The notes beneath the pieces were generated by a model that had not been told where the DNA came from, ran no database searches, and saw only the letters and a program-made list of their open reading frames with translations. A program made the position numbers and the translations under genes. From assembly GCA_020184695.1 (NCBI GenBank), contig JAANOX010000253.1, positions 248,001-312,000 on the forward strand: a stretch of DNA of 64,000 bases. Direction: 5' to 3'. This DNA is from Histomonas meleagridis 2922-C6/04-290x (lineage: Eukaryota > Protista > Parabasalia). This document shows positions 43,591 through 56,058 of the stretch, one piece after another (position 1 is the stretch's first letter; the number at the start of each line of letters is the position of its first letter).

Positions 43591-45413
43591 AGATGACTTT
43601 TGCAGGTGGAGCAAGGCGATTTCAACTTTGTACTATTGAACCAACCATTGATAAAACCAATGGACAAACAGGAGGATCTAATGGTACGTTAGTTTTATCA
43701 CGTTTTGATGAAATTTTTATGATTAGTTGGACACCCATTAGTGGTTCACCTATGCATCACTTAGCAGTCATGCAACAAACACAAAATACAGACTCAGAAG
43801 AAGCATGGGCATTTAACAACAGCTTTAAACAAGAGTGTGTTCATATTAAACTTTTTACAACTTCATGAAGATTTTTCATTAACAATTTATGGATATAATG
43901 AAGGTGAAGAACGACGATTTTCATATGAACCGATGGAATTTATCTCAGTTACAGAGTTAGTTGAACAACTTTTAATTAATGGTATTGCAGTTCCATCAGC
44001 AGATAAATCATATTCATTACAATTTTATAAACGATGTCATCGAGGAGTTTATCCATATACACCACCACATATTCAATTAGGTTTTGATACTTCATCAGAA
44101 CCTTCTACAAAAAATTTTCCAGAAGATCTTAAAAAATTTTTGGGATTGTTTACATAGTTTCTTTTTAACGTTAATTATTCATTTAGATAATAGTGATACA
44201 TTACCACGAGATCCACAATTTCCATTAGCTGAAGCAGCACGAGCTAATCATAAACGAATTTTAGAAGAAATTGATGAATATTCAGATCATATTGGGCAAG
44301 AATATCAAAAAATTACGAGTGAAGAATGGGGTAATTTATTTGATGAAGAAGGACGAATTAAAAATTTTGAAGAATTTAAATTACGTTTATTTCATGCAGG
44401 TATTGATACTGAAATATCGATCGCCAATTATTAGCATTTAAAGATAATGATGCAGAAGGACTTAAAATGGTTACACAACTATTACGTACATATTGTATAT
44501 TTAATCCACCGATTGGATATCTTCAAGGTATGAATGATTTATTTGTTCCAATATTATTAGCATTTTTACCACGTTGGGATGAAAAAGGATATCCAATTAA
44601 TGAAAATAATGAACGTATTGAATATGAAGAATATTATCCATCAATTTTTTGGTGTTTTGATGCTATGTTACATAATATTGATCATTTAAAATTATTAGCT
44701 AATGTTACAGAACAATGTAAAAAACAAGCAGAAACTATTTTTCAAATTATTTGTAAAGTATCACCACTTGCAGCTATTTGGATGCGACGTAATTCACTTA
44801 AAGAACTTTTATGGTGTTATTCCGATTTTGTTTTTATTATTTAAACGATCATTTAGTGACATTTGGTCAGTTTGGTTACAATTAAATTGTTCGCCATGTC
44901 CGCAAACGTGGTTAGCATACTTTGTGGCAGCGATAATTGTTCAAGGATTTAATGAATTGGCACAAATTACAGATGTTAATATTACTACGATGATGGATAA
45001 GTTCCCAAAAATTATGTCTAATATCCCATTCCATAAAATTGGGAAAACATCACTTTGGTTGGCAGATAAAGTTCCACCAACAATTGTTAATCGGAATGAA
45101 GAAATTGATGATAATAAAGAATTCTTATTCTTTGAAACTGAATGGACAGGTCCATGTAAAACAACACGAGAAAATAAAAAATAAAAAATAAATAAAAAAT
45201 ATTTAATCAAAAATATTTAATCAAAAATATTATTTTTTAAAATGATTTTAATGGTTTAATGCCATCAAAAAATAAATTTGTTCAATAAAATTTCTGTTTT
45301 GTTCTCCGAAATATCAAGTTGTGAATGATTATTATTGTTTTAATCAACTGTCACTTTCCTTATCAGACAATTCGTTGGCAGGGCTGTCACAACAAAGTTC
45401 CTTGTGAAACTTT
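43591..45413 (+). repeat. Right arm of inverted duplication
   Basis: Near-identical reverse complement of 39833-41733. Confidence 0.95.
43593..45184 (+). pseudogene. TBC-domain Rab-GAP, copy 2, disrupted
   Basis: Same protein split over five ORFs by three +1 T homopolymer insertions (~43852, ~44140, ~44833) and a 199-nt deletion at 44417/44418. Confidence 0.85.
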
Positions 45414-46123
45414 CAAATATTATTTTTAAATGTTTTAATATATATTATATTTTATAAATGGTAGTTCTTGAAATCTTAAGGATGATTATTTTCAATTTTC
45501 TTCATTTTATAATTACTTTATTTTAAATCGTATCTAAAAGTTCCTTGAAGTGGCGGTGGATGCATACAACTTTTTTCTTTCATTTTTCAAGTAAAATTGT
45601 AAGCTTTCATACATCCAGCTGACTATGGTCTATATTAAAAAAAAAATTTTTATTTTATACATTGTTTGATTGATGAACGCTCATCATTTTAGGAAAACAA
45701 CAAGAAAATTATGATAAACTTTTACATAATGATTTTAAACTTCATAAATATGTTAAAAAATCGTTAATTATATACAATGAATTAACGATATATTTGTTAT
45801 TTTCATAATAATTTACTTTTTGTTCAAACTTAATTTATCACAGATAAAAGCAGAACTACTCAAGACAAACACTTATTTGAAATTGAAATATCTTTCTTTT
45901 GATTTTTGAAAAAATAATGCATTTTTACCATAATATCTCTAAATTTCCAATTTTTTATTAATATAATTTATCATTTACTTTTAGTGTTTATGATTTGGAT
46001 AAATTGGATTTACTATAATAATCATATAATAGAAGAAACATAAAATTTGCTAAATGACAAAAATGTTCGTATTTATTAAATTAATAAACAAATTAAAATA
46101 TTTTGTTCTTAAAATATGTTTAT

Positions 46124-47632
46124 TTATATCTGACTGATAAATTTTTCTTCTTTGAAATCGTCTGCAAATGGATCTTCTTCAATATTTGAATTATTAATAC
46201 CAACTGAAAATGTATTATCGATTTCATTGATTTTATTATTATTTTCATCTGAAACATTCATTTCTTCTTCATTTTGTTTTCGCTTCTTATTTTGATATTT
46301 AATCATAAAAATTATTATTATCATTATAAATACAATAATTATTACAATTACAATAACAATTATAATGATAATTAATGTATTATTATCATCATTGTTCATT
46401 ATTACATCTTCGATATAAGAAATATAAAAGAAATTTGAATAATACGTAAAATATTCTGGATAATATATAATTGTATAATTATAATATATGAAATCGCTAT
46501 AAATATATTTAGTTTCAGATTCAATGAAAGTAACTGAATAAGATTTTATGAATGTGTAATAATTTGATAAAGTTTTTATAAACGATAAAGAATAAGTTAA
46601 AGTATAAGTATTAACCAAAGAAAAATTCATCGATAATGTATTAACATAAGTATTTGAATCAAAATTATTTTTTGATTTTGTAAATGTATTTGAGTTAGTG
46701 AATGTGAGTGTTGGCGGGAGACATTCGTCAAGTGTTGTTCCCTTAGTAATATTCATATTTCCAAATGTTTCATTTTGATATGTTTCTATTGTCATAACTG
46801 TTGTTGTATTTATATTAACAAATGCATCATTTTGTATTTCTGGTGAAATTTCGCCATTAAAATAAATACATTGAAGTGATGTACAATTAAAAAATGCACA
46901 TGAATTAATATATTGAACATTTTCATCAATAAAAATTCTTTCTAAATTATTACAATAAGCAAAAGAATAATTCATAATAGAAATGACTGAATTTGGAATT
47001 GTAAATGTTTTACTTTTCATATTCGGATAACTAATAATATATGTAATTTCTTTATCATATAAAACCCCAACATTTTCATAATTCGAATATTTAAAATTTT
47101 CTTCTGAGACATTAATAAATTGAAGTTTCGTACATTCTAAAAATGCATTCCCAATTGAAGTAACTGAACTTGGTATATAAATATTCACAAGATTTGTACA
47201 TTCTCTAAATGCATCTGAGCCAATACTTCGGACGCCTTCATATAATGTTATCGTTTCAAGTACTATACATTGACAAAATGCATTATCACTAATGATATTA
47301 CAATGAATTGTAATATTATTTTATGAAATACATTCTGCAAATGCACCACCTCCAATTCCACTCATTAATTTATCTGGAAATTGGACATATTCTAACTTTG
47401 TACATGATGCAAATGCTCCACTACCGATATTTCCAACTGTTTCTCCAATTATTACTGTTGTTAATAAAGGCCATTCTCTGAATGCATTATTTTCAATCTC
47501 GCCAACATCAATAATTATAACACGTTCTGTATCATTCATATAATCTTTTGAATAATCAATGGAATCAGATATTGTGAGTGTTTTTGTCTCTTCGTCATAT
47601 GATTGCTTTGTGTTAACAAAAAATATAATCAT
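46124..47632 (-). pseudogene. BspA-like LRR surface protein with one in-frame TAA (47321-47323)
   Basis: ATG at 47632; LRR repeats continue in the same frame across the TAA (..AFAECIS*NNITIH..AF..C..L); Thr/Ser/Tyr-rich stalk, TM helix and tail EEDPFADDFKEE. Confidence 0.75.
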
Positions 47633-50145
47633 TAAAATCGGAATAACTTCGTTTTTTTGATGAATGCTTTTCTGATTAAAATAAATTTCGAAAAAGAAAG
47701 TAAAAACAAAAAATATGAATACGAACAAAGTTATATTTGGATATATAGAAGTAATTAATGCATTAAATATCTTTGGTAGATTTTCAAGAATATTATTGCT
47801 GCAATTCATTGATAAATTACATGGAAAACTTTCATTAAAATGATATATATTATGCGAGATATGAAAGATTGCAGTTATTTTGGAATAAAAATACGAAATT
47901 ATTAAATTTGAAGAAACAAAATGCTTAAAACCTATTATATTGTTATTTATAGAATTTTTGAGTGAAGCGCATTGCAGTAAATGATTTATGTTGTTTGCTG
48001 TTTGAATTTTTTGTAAATATATTTTACTCTTTATGAGTTCTCTCTTGTTACTTGGCATGTAATGAATGCTTTTGTTATGCATATGCTTGTTTTATTCTCA
48101 GTGAGAGAATTTAAATAATAATTATTTTGAATAAAAACATTGTTGTTGATATTTACGAGGAGGATGAAAGTGCCAATGTGAATAAATGTTATCATCAATT
48201 GGGAATGGACATCACATTTCATTGTTTTGATATATGCCTTTATAATATTGGTCATAGATTTAGCTTTAACAAATATCCTCAAATTTTTAATCAGAAATGT
48301 GTGTAACAACTGTTGTTCAATGTGATACGTTGTGAGTTTTCTTCGAATTTATTATGGATGTTATGAAAGCCACATGTAACATTAGGTGACATGAGAAGAT
48401 TTCATTTACTTGCTCACAAGTGTAGAATTGACATTTGAATGTATTTAAGGGAAAACGACAAAAAACAACCAACTTTTTATGAAGAAGTTTCAATTGAATA
48501 GTCATTCGATATTTGTGCGTTCATACCAAAATTGTATCATAACATTTTTTGTTGAAATGGTTTTCTATGAACTCGTCATGGCTTAAATTTAACAGCCTAT
48601 TGTATTTAACTGTAAAATAGGATTCTCAAATTGTATTCGCTTACAAAAAATAAGAAGGGAATTACGGTCACTAAATACTCGGAATTGATATCAAGATTTT
48701 CTAATCAAAAACTTGTTTCATTGAATATAATGATGTTTATTTATTATTTTATTTTTGTTTAAAGTTTGTCAATCATTAGCGGTGTAACCTATAGCAATAA
48801 TTGAAATAAATTTGAATTATCACATGTTTGAATGTAAAAAATGAATTATTATCAAAACACTAATTTTAATTAACACGAAAGATTACACCACTAATAAACT
48901 TAAAAAAAAAACATGAAACTGGAGTTTTTTTTTTAACATTTTGATATTATATCATTATAAATCGGCGGCAGCAGATATATCAAAAGAATATCTATTTTAG
49001 AAAGACGCATTGAATTTCATGAAATACAATAACTAAATAGGGTATTCATTCGTCTTATAATATAGATGAGTAAGATTGTTATAGAAATAAATATACTGTT
49101 TATACTCAAGATGGATATGTAATCGAAAATAATGTGAACCAGATAGAAGAATCATTAACTATTTCTGTTATTGATGGAATTATTAATCTTTCTAAAGATT
49201 CTGATGGAGATTATTTCTATACTTTAAGTGATAATATATTAAAGGATTATACTTTTGTAAGAAAGTGTATAGTTAAAGAAGAAGCAAATTGTATAACATA
49301 TATAAAATTAAGAAATAATATGTAATTAATTACTTATAACGATACTGATAAAATTAATGACTTCGAAATCGATTTTGATGAAAGTTCAAATATAAATTCC
49401 ATAAAATTAAACAGTAACTTTAAAGTTGTCACTGATAGAGATTTTGTTCAATTTTCTAAATCATGGAAAGGTTCTGTTTTTACAAAAATAATTGAAGGTG
49501 CTTTTAAACAACTGTTAAAGCAATTAAGTTAACAAATTAAATTATATGCTTCTATAAATGGTGTTGATGAAGGAAATCCCATTTAGTCCAAACAAATTGT
49601 ATACAAGTGTTGAAGTTTTTCTGCGTGCATTAAAAGTTAAAGAGTCAAATAATGGGTATACATTAGAAAACATAAAGATGGAATTGGACGGAAAATTTTG
49701 AGTCCAAAATATTTTTATCAATATGGAGAAACAGTTGAATATTAAAAAGTGATCAATTATCCTCTAGGCAATATCCAATGCGTGACTGATTCTCCAAGAT
49801 TTTATTTCCTGAAACTTCATCCGAAATATCATCATCAGTAGAAACTTCGTCAGTAAAATAATCATCACTAGAATCTTCTGAAATAACTTTTTCTAATGAA
49901 GAAGATAAAAATAGAATATTCAACTATACTTCGGAAGTATACTTCCATCAGAATCAAATTATTAATATTATTTAAATTCAGAAATGTTAAATAGATTTTG
50001 TATAATTTTTTTTGATATTCCCCTAATACCAATTTAACATAACATTAAATTTGATGATAACAACCAAAGAAACGCATTTTATTTCATTACAACTTATGTA
50101 TAAAACAAAACAAAAGTCATACGAATGAATGAGTTTTTGTTTTAC

Positions 50146-51297
50146 TTAAACTCGTGGCATGTGGCAGTATACGCCGTTGTCACCATTGAACAAGCAAGAT
50201 CCGCAGTTGATGCAGTCGGCCCTATCCAACTTTCCATCCTTGAAATCGTTGATGATGTGTGGGTTACATATGAATGGCCTTGACATTGATATCAAGTCTA
50301 CGCCTTCGTTTTTGACCAAATTTTCCATTTCGCTGAATATTCTATTTCCACCTACTAAAGCGTAGTGCACTTCCGGATGATCCTTCTTCAATTGCCTATA
50401 TGCCTCCAAGTTGTACATCCTTCTGAACGGTACACCTTCGTAAGCCTTCTTGATGATGTTCTTCATCTCTTCTCTTTTGTTCTTTTTAACACCGCGTACA
50501 GCGCACTTCTCATTGTAGTCAGACATCATGAAGTATCTCGCTTCCATTCCACATGAAAGTTCGAAGAAGTCGACTTTGTTCTTGAGCGTTGCAATGTATT
50601 TAGATGCAATATTAGGTGTAACACCATTTGGTATAAAGTCATTAACATTAAGTTTCACTGAGATAGAAAATGATTCAGGAACTTTGGCACGAATCGCAGT
50701 AACAATTTCATCAATAATACGTGCACGATTTTGGCCATATTTATCAGTACGATGATTCTTAGCTGGAGAGAGGAAGAATGAAAGAAGTTCGTAGTGCGCG
50801 GCATGAACTTGGATTCCATCAGCACCTGCAAGATATGAAAGATATGCTGAATTTGCATATTCGTCAACAATACTTTCTACTTCGGGGATTGTAAGTTCAT
50901 GTTGATCAGGTGTAAGGGCTGTGGGTACATATGGTACATGATCTTTCATTGTAGGATCAATGGAACCTGGACCGCCATGGACAATTTGAATGACAAATTT
51001 GGTGCCGTTTTTATGAATACGTTCGATAACTGGCTTCCAATCATCTGAATGTTTTTTAGTGAACATGGCACCTTGTTTTGGTACAGCAAAGGCTTTGTTC
51101 GTGACTGAAAAACCACTGGTAACTATAAGTCCAATACCGCCTTTAGAAAGATCTTCAAAACAATCAAAAAATCTCTTGGTGGCTGTGCCATCTGGATTTG
51201 CTAAACCTTCCCAAGTAGCAGAACGCATGAAATGATTGGGAATGGTAAGGGGACCAATTCGTTTGGGAGTAAAGAGAATAGAGCCTGCTTGAGACAA
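50146..51297 (-). CDS. NADH:flavin oxidoreductase / Old Yellow Enzyme family (bacterial type); TTG at the apparent start
   Basis: LFTP..IG.L.IPN.FMRSATWE, QIVHGG, GADGIQVHAAH.ELLS.FLSP..N.RTDKYG, SRPFI.NP, C-terminal CxxCxxC. Confidence 0.9.
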   Translation of the reverse strand: MSQAGSILFTPKRIGPLTIPNHFMRSATWEGLANPDGTATKRFFDCFEDLSKGGIGLIVTSGFSVTNKAFAVPKQGAMFTKKHSDDWKPVIERIHKNGTKFVIQIVHGGPGSIDPTMKDHVPYVPTALTPDQHELTIPEVESIVDEYANSAYLSYLAGADGIQVHAAHYELLSFFLSPAKNHRTDKYGQNRARIIDEIVTAIRAKVPESFSISVKLNVNDFIPNGVTPNIASKYIATLKNKVDFFELSCGMEARYFMMSDYNEKCAVRGVKKNKREEMKNIIKKAYEGVPFRRMYNLEAYRQLKKDHPEVHYALVGGNRIFSEMENLVKNEGVDLISMSRPFICNPHIINDFKDGKLDRADCINCGSCLFNGDNGVYCHMPRV

Positions 51298-51863
51298 TAA
51301 GAAGTGAAATCAATTTCTAACTTCATGCGCCCGATAAAATGCCTTATCAAATTTTATCGGGGATTCTATGCGCTTTGGTGGTTATGACGGTTTTTTAAAT
51401 GCTTTCCATCCAAATCCTTCACAAATTCATAAAAAAGTTTGAACTATTCAAAATATATCGCTAGATAGCAGACCTTATAACAGATGCCTAAACAAGAATA
51501 TTTAATGTTTTTTTTTCAAAATATTTTAATGAGTATTATATTAGTTGAGTTCTGATTATTTATTGCATATGCTGAAGATTAATAAAAATTAATGTAAAAG
51601 AATATTCTTTGACTCTGAGTATATTTTAATGTCAAAACATTGGTGAAAATAAAAATAATATATGAGAAGTTCGAACAAAATATGTTTTCATATTGCAAAT
51701 CGCAAAGATATTATTAATTCTATAATAGCATAATCAATAATAAGTTCAAAACAAATTTTAGTTAAGAGTCTCATTGATAAAATTCATTTTTATATAATTT
51801 GAATTTAGACTTCTGATACAAAAAATATTTAATGAAAATGTTTACTAAAAATATCATTTACAT

Positions 51864-54800
51864 CTATTGGTTACTACAATATTTGAGCAAGTCATCGAAA
51901 TTTTCAACCTTTTGTATGAACTTTTTTCTATTTTCATCATTTAACTTATCACAAACCATTTCTTTAAACGACGAATTTTCATTTGCAACTAATTTACAAT
52001 AATAACAAAATATCAAAAAATTCGAATTATTAATAACTTCATCAGTTAATAACATTTCTTCGAATTTGAAATTATTTTTCTTCAATAACAAATAAACACT
52101 TTGTGCAAAATTCACATTTGTGTTATTTGAAATTGCCAATTTAAACAACAAATTCGAAATCTCATCAATTTTATTAAACTTTTGATCATTACATAAAATA
52201 TTATAAAACATTAAAATTTCATTATTTCTCATGTTAAACATCTCATTTAAGTTCTCAGGATATTTTTTCATTATCACGTTTGAATATAAATCATTTTCAT
52301 TATACACATTAATCACACCATAAGAAAACAAAGGATTAACAAGAGGAGAAACGCAAATTATTTCGTCGATTAAATTTTGTTTTATAATTGGCGCAAATTC
52401 GATGAATAACGATCGATAAAATGCTCTAAATTGCGAAGGCGGCAAAATCGAAAAGAAGTAAATTATATCATTTGATTTAATATCATTTTGTTCAATACAT
52501 CTAATTGATGGAATTATATATTTATAAATTTCGTCATTTAGAATCAAATTTTTTAATTTTTCGTTTTGTTCGACATTTAATTTACAATATGATAATATAT
52601 TTATAACATAATATTGAAATGAATTCTTTTTCTGTAATAATTTTATTAATAAATCAATTAAATTATTATCAATTTCTATTTTATTATCGATTTCGTTATT
52701 ATATTTCATTGAAAACAATTTATTATGTATCAATGGATAATTTTTATTATTTATTAAATATTCATTTTTAGGTTTAAAACATTTGTTAATTAATGAAGTA
52801 GATAATGTTAATAATGAATTATTTACCTTTTTATCAAACAAATTCTCAACAATTTCATTGAGTTTATCACATTTAGAAAATTCAGATTTTATTTGAAAGT
52901 TATTCGAAAACGCAGAAAGATCTAAAGATACAACAGAACGAATGAAGAACCATTTCATTCCTTTTTCGGCGGTAAATGCGTAATTTAAATTACGTATTGA
53001 AACACCGAAATAACCAAAACTTATTAAAACATTTTCAATTAATTTCTCTAATTCGTTTGGTAACTTTAATAAATTACAAGTTATAGTTGTTAAAAACAAA
53101 GAAATCGAATATAATGAAATATCAGTTCCATCATATATTAATTTTTTAGACCATTCTTCAATACGTTCAGTTGAATATCGATGTTTATATGAATAATAAA
53201 AGAAACCAATAATAAGTCGAACATCATTAATATTATTATTTAAAATAAAATCTTCGACTTCATTTATCGGAATAGTTAAAGTTTTATTCGAGAAATAGAA
53301 AAAGTTTATAATTGATATTAATGTACCATCAAATAAATTCTTAATTCCTTCTTTAATAATTGGTTCATTATAATTATAGTTTACTGTTTTATATTCGGAT
53401 TTTATGTTTTGATCATTTGGAATGATCCAGTATTTGTTTGGTATCGAATTTTTACATTCTTCAACCCATTTTTGATGCTTTTCGATATTAGAAAATGCTA
53501 AAAATGTTGGAATCTTTTCAAGTGGTTGATTAACATAAGGCGCAATCTTTTGAGCAATTTCATAATTCGTGGAAATTATATGTTTTAATTTCGAATGATA
53601 TTTTTGAATTGCTATTTCAGGACCATAAAATTCGATAACAAATTCTCCGAAATCATTTGAATTTTCATATTTTTGAAGTTGATTTTCGATAAATTCTTTA
53701 TCATTTTTAATCAAGTTTAATAAACGTAATGAAGGAATTGGAATATAATTTAATAATTTCATTAATATATTTGTTAATTCTTCTTTAATTTCATTCGAAA
53801 TTTCGATTTTTTCATATAATTTCGATATATAATTTATTAATGATATTAACATATGACCAATCATTGTGTTCGATAAATTTGTATTATAATGTTTTATAAG
53901 TTTAAAAAGTTCATTTTCATTTAACCAAATATTAGAACCGAAATTATTTTTCGATATATTTAAACCATTTGTTATTACAAAAATAGTATCAATAACTTTA
54001 TTAAAACAATTTTCATATTTTAATTTAGTTAAATTATTTATAGCGATACAAAATAACTTTGGTATTAAATAATTAAAGTCAAGTAATTCGATAATTATTT
54101 CTGGTTCATTTATCAAATTTAATGTTAATTCAGTACAATTATTAAACCAATCGAAATTATATACATATAAATCAATTGGATATTTATTTAATAATTTTTT
54201 AAATTCATGTAAAAACAAATCGAAGTTTAAAACATTATTTAACTTCAAATAGAAATAAATTATTTCTTTAACATTAAATTTAAATCGTTTATCATTTAAA
54301 TCGGGTAAAGAATTTAATAACTTTAATACATAATAAGGTAAAATTGGTTGTTTCGGTATCGGATTTAATAAAGTATTAATTGCTTTATAAGCAAATTCTT
54401 CATTACATTTAATTAACTTTGGAAAATAATATTCCATGTAATCAATTAAACAACAAAAAATTGGTCCATTTTTCTCACTTAATAATAACTCAAATGTATT
54501 TAAGACAATGTTTTTATGTTCTCCATCATCAATTAAATTAAATAATATTCGAAGTGATGCTAATCGAATTTTAATGTCATAAGTCTTAGCAAACTTTAAA
54601 TATGGAAATAATACATTTTGTTTGATATTACAACATTTTGTTAATGAATTTAATGCATCTAAATAATAATAACTTTCAATGTTTTTACATGATTCATATA
54701 AAAACGTATATATCGGTAATAATGAAGTTTGCTCATCAAATGTTAACTTCTTACGACATATAAATGGAATAAGTTGTATAACACGTTCAAGATTTTCATT

Positions 54801-55478
54801 TTCATTATATAAATAATCAGAAATTCGAACAATAATCGGAAGAAAATCAACGTCATTTAACGGTTTGGAATTAGCTAAAATAAGATTAATAAATTCAAAG
54901 GAACTTTCAGTAAAAATTAAGTTCATGTATAACTTGTAGTTCTTTTTAAGTAAAATTATTGTTGGATTAACATATTTGATATTTTTGCACATTTTTAAAA
55001 TTAACTTATGGACTTGTTCTTCATTGCTGATTTTGCAGAGATAATGCCATGTTTCATTGGTGATATGAACGTAATCAGAAAGACTAAGAGCATTGAATAC
55101 ACATATGAAAAACATATTCCACTTACTTTGTTCTGCTTCTGATAGAGTGGGAATGGAATATGAAAGAATGGGAAGGATAGAGGAAAGAATACCAATTGGA
55201 AATGATTTTATTGTATTATAAAAATCTTCCTTATGAGTAAGCTCATAAAGACTTAGCCAATGCAAAACAAATCTTTCTGCTCTACTACGTAGTTTTACAT
55301 TTGTGTTTTTTGTAAGGGGAAAGATGTGTTCGAAGATATGAACAACAGTTTTTGGATCATTAAAATATGTAAGTTTCATTCGAGAAGTAATATGATATAC
55401 ATTTTTTGTAGCTCTTTCTATGTAGTTTTTATCTGATACATCTTCTAATTTTTTAAGGTATTCTTCGATTTCATCCAT
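51864..55478 (-). CDS. Large hypothetical helical (HEAT/ARM-like) protein
   Basis: Uninterrupted 1204-aa ORF; family not recognised. Confidence 0.75.
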   Translation of the reverse strand: MDEIEEYLKKLEDVSDKNYIERATKNVYHITSRMKLTYFNDPKTVVHIFEHIFPLTKNTNVKLRSRAERFVLHWLSLYELTHKEDFYNTIKSFPIGILSSILPILSYSIPTLSEAEQSKWNMFFICVFNALSLSDYVHITNETWHYLCKISNEEQVHKLILKMCKNIKYVNPTIILLKKNYKLYMNLIFTESSFEFINLILANSKPLNDVDFLPIIVRISDYLYNENENLERVIQLIPFICRKKLTFDEQTSLLPIYTFLYESCKNIESYYYLDALNSLTKCCNIKQNVLFPYLKFAKTYDIKIRLASLRILFNLIDDGEHKNIVLNTFELLLSEKNGPIFCCLIDYMEYYFPKLIKCNEEFAYKAINTLLNPIPKQPILPYYVLKLLNSLPDLNDKRFKFNVKEIIYFYLKLNNVLNFDLFLHEFKKLLNKYPIDLYVYNFDWFNNCTELTLNLINEPEIIIELLDFNYLIPKLFCIAINNLTKLKYENCFNKVIDTIFVITNGLNISKNNFGSNIWLNENELFKLIKHYNTNLSNTMIGHMLISLINYISKLYEKIEISNEIKEELTNILMKLLNYIPIPSLRLLNLIKNDKEFIENQLQKYENSNDFGEFVIEFYGPEIAIQKYHSKLKHIISTNYEIAQKIAPYVNQPLEKIPTFLAFSNIEKHQKWVEECKNSIPNKYWIIPNDQNIKSEYKTVNYNYNEPIIKEGIKNLFDGTLISIINFFYFSNKTLTIPINEVEDFILNNNINDVRLIIGFFYYSYKHRYSTERIEEWSKKLIYDGTDISLYSISLFLTTITCNLLKLPNELEKLIENVLISFGYFGVSIRNLNYAFTAEKGMKWFFIRSVVSLDLSAFSNNFQIKSEFSKCDKLNEIVENLFDKKVNNSLLTLSTSLINKCFKPKNEYLINNKNYPLIHNKLFSMKYNNEIDNKIEIDNNLIDLLIKLLQKKNSFQYYVINILSYCKLNVEQNEKLKNLILNDEIYKYIIPSIRCIEQNDIKSNDIIYFFSILPPSQFRAFYRSLFIEFAPIIKQNLIDEIICVSPLVNPLFSYGVINVYNENDLYSNVIMKKYPENLNEMFNMRNNEILMFYNILCNDQKFNKIDEISNLLFKLAISNNTNVNFAQSVYLLLKKNNFKFEEMLLTDEVINNSNFLIFCYYCKLVANENSSFKEMVCDKLNDENRKKFIQKVENFDDLLKYCSNQ

Positions 55479-56058
55479 TTGATAATATTTTTAAATACTT
55501 TACATTTATTGAATTTTATTCTGTCTCCAAACGGTTTATTGCAAAAAAAAACCGTTAATCGCACAGATGCACTATTTTTGAAATTTCTTGCTTGTTTTGA
55601 AGTAAATAAATTATATCAATTCATATTTTAAAACATTTTTTGTAAGATCGCGAAAATAAAAAGTGTATAAGATTAATTCATCATTTAAATAGAAATTGAT
55701 CATTAATCTTTTTTTGCTAATAATTATGCAAATTTCATGAATATCACAAAAAACAATACTAATTAGCCACAAAACCGCATTAATGGTAATGCTTTTTAAA
55801 TGCAGAATATTTTTAAATTAATTATTTTTATCAAATATTTCCGGGCATTTCTTTAACAACAAAAATCCTCCAAAAAGAAGGTCTCATTTTTAAACATAAT
55901 GAAGAAACGTTGCGATTCTATGATTATCTTATAATAAAACTTCATTTTATTTCAATAAAAATTTACAGTTAAAATTTTGGTATTAAATGGTTTATTACAA
56001 GAAGTGATCTGAACAATTACGTAAATTATTCAAATATCGGGAAAAATTTGTCACTTGT

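Noticed and set aside
39833-45413. DNA transposon with long terminal inverted repeats
   Set aside because: The arms are a host TBC gene copy; no transposase and no target-site duplication found at the outer ends.
25308-47323. Alternative genetic code (TAA/TAG as sense)
   Set aside because: Conserved genes here (SerRS, RPS17, RPL37A, Rab) end at TAA at the expected positions, and recoding would not fix the frame shift caused by 80-nt spacers.
47640-50100. ORFs 47321-48082 (upstream part), 48031-48309, 48317-48505, 49134-49325
   Set aside because: No recognisable domains. The 49134 region may be a decayed gene, but I cannot support a call.
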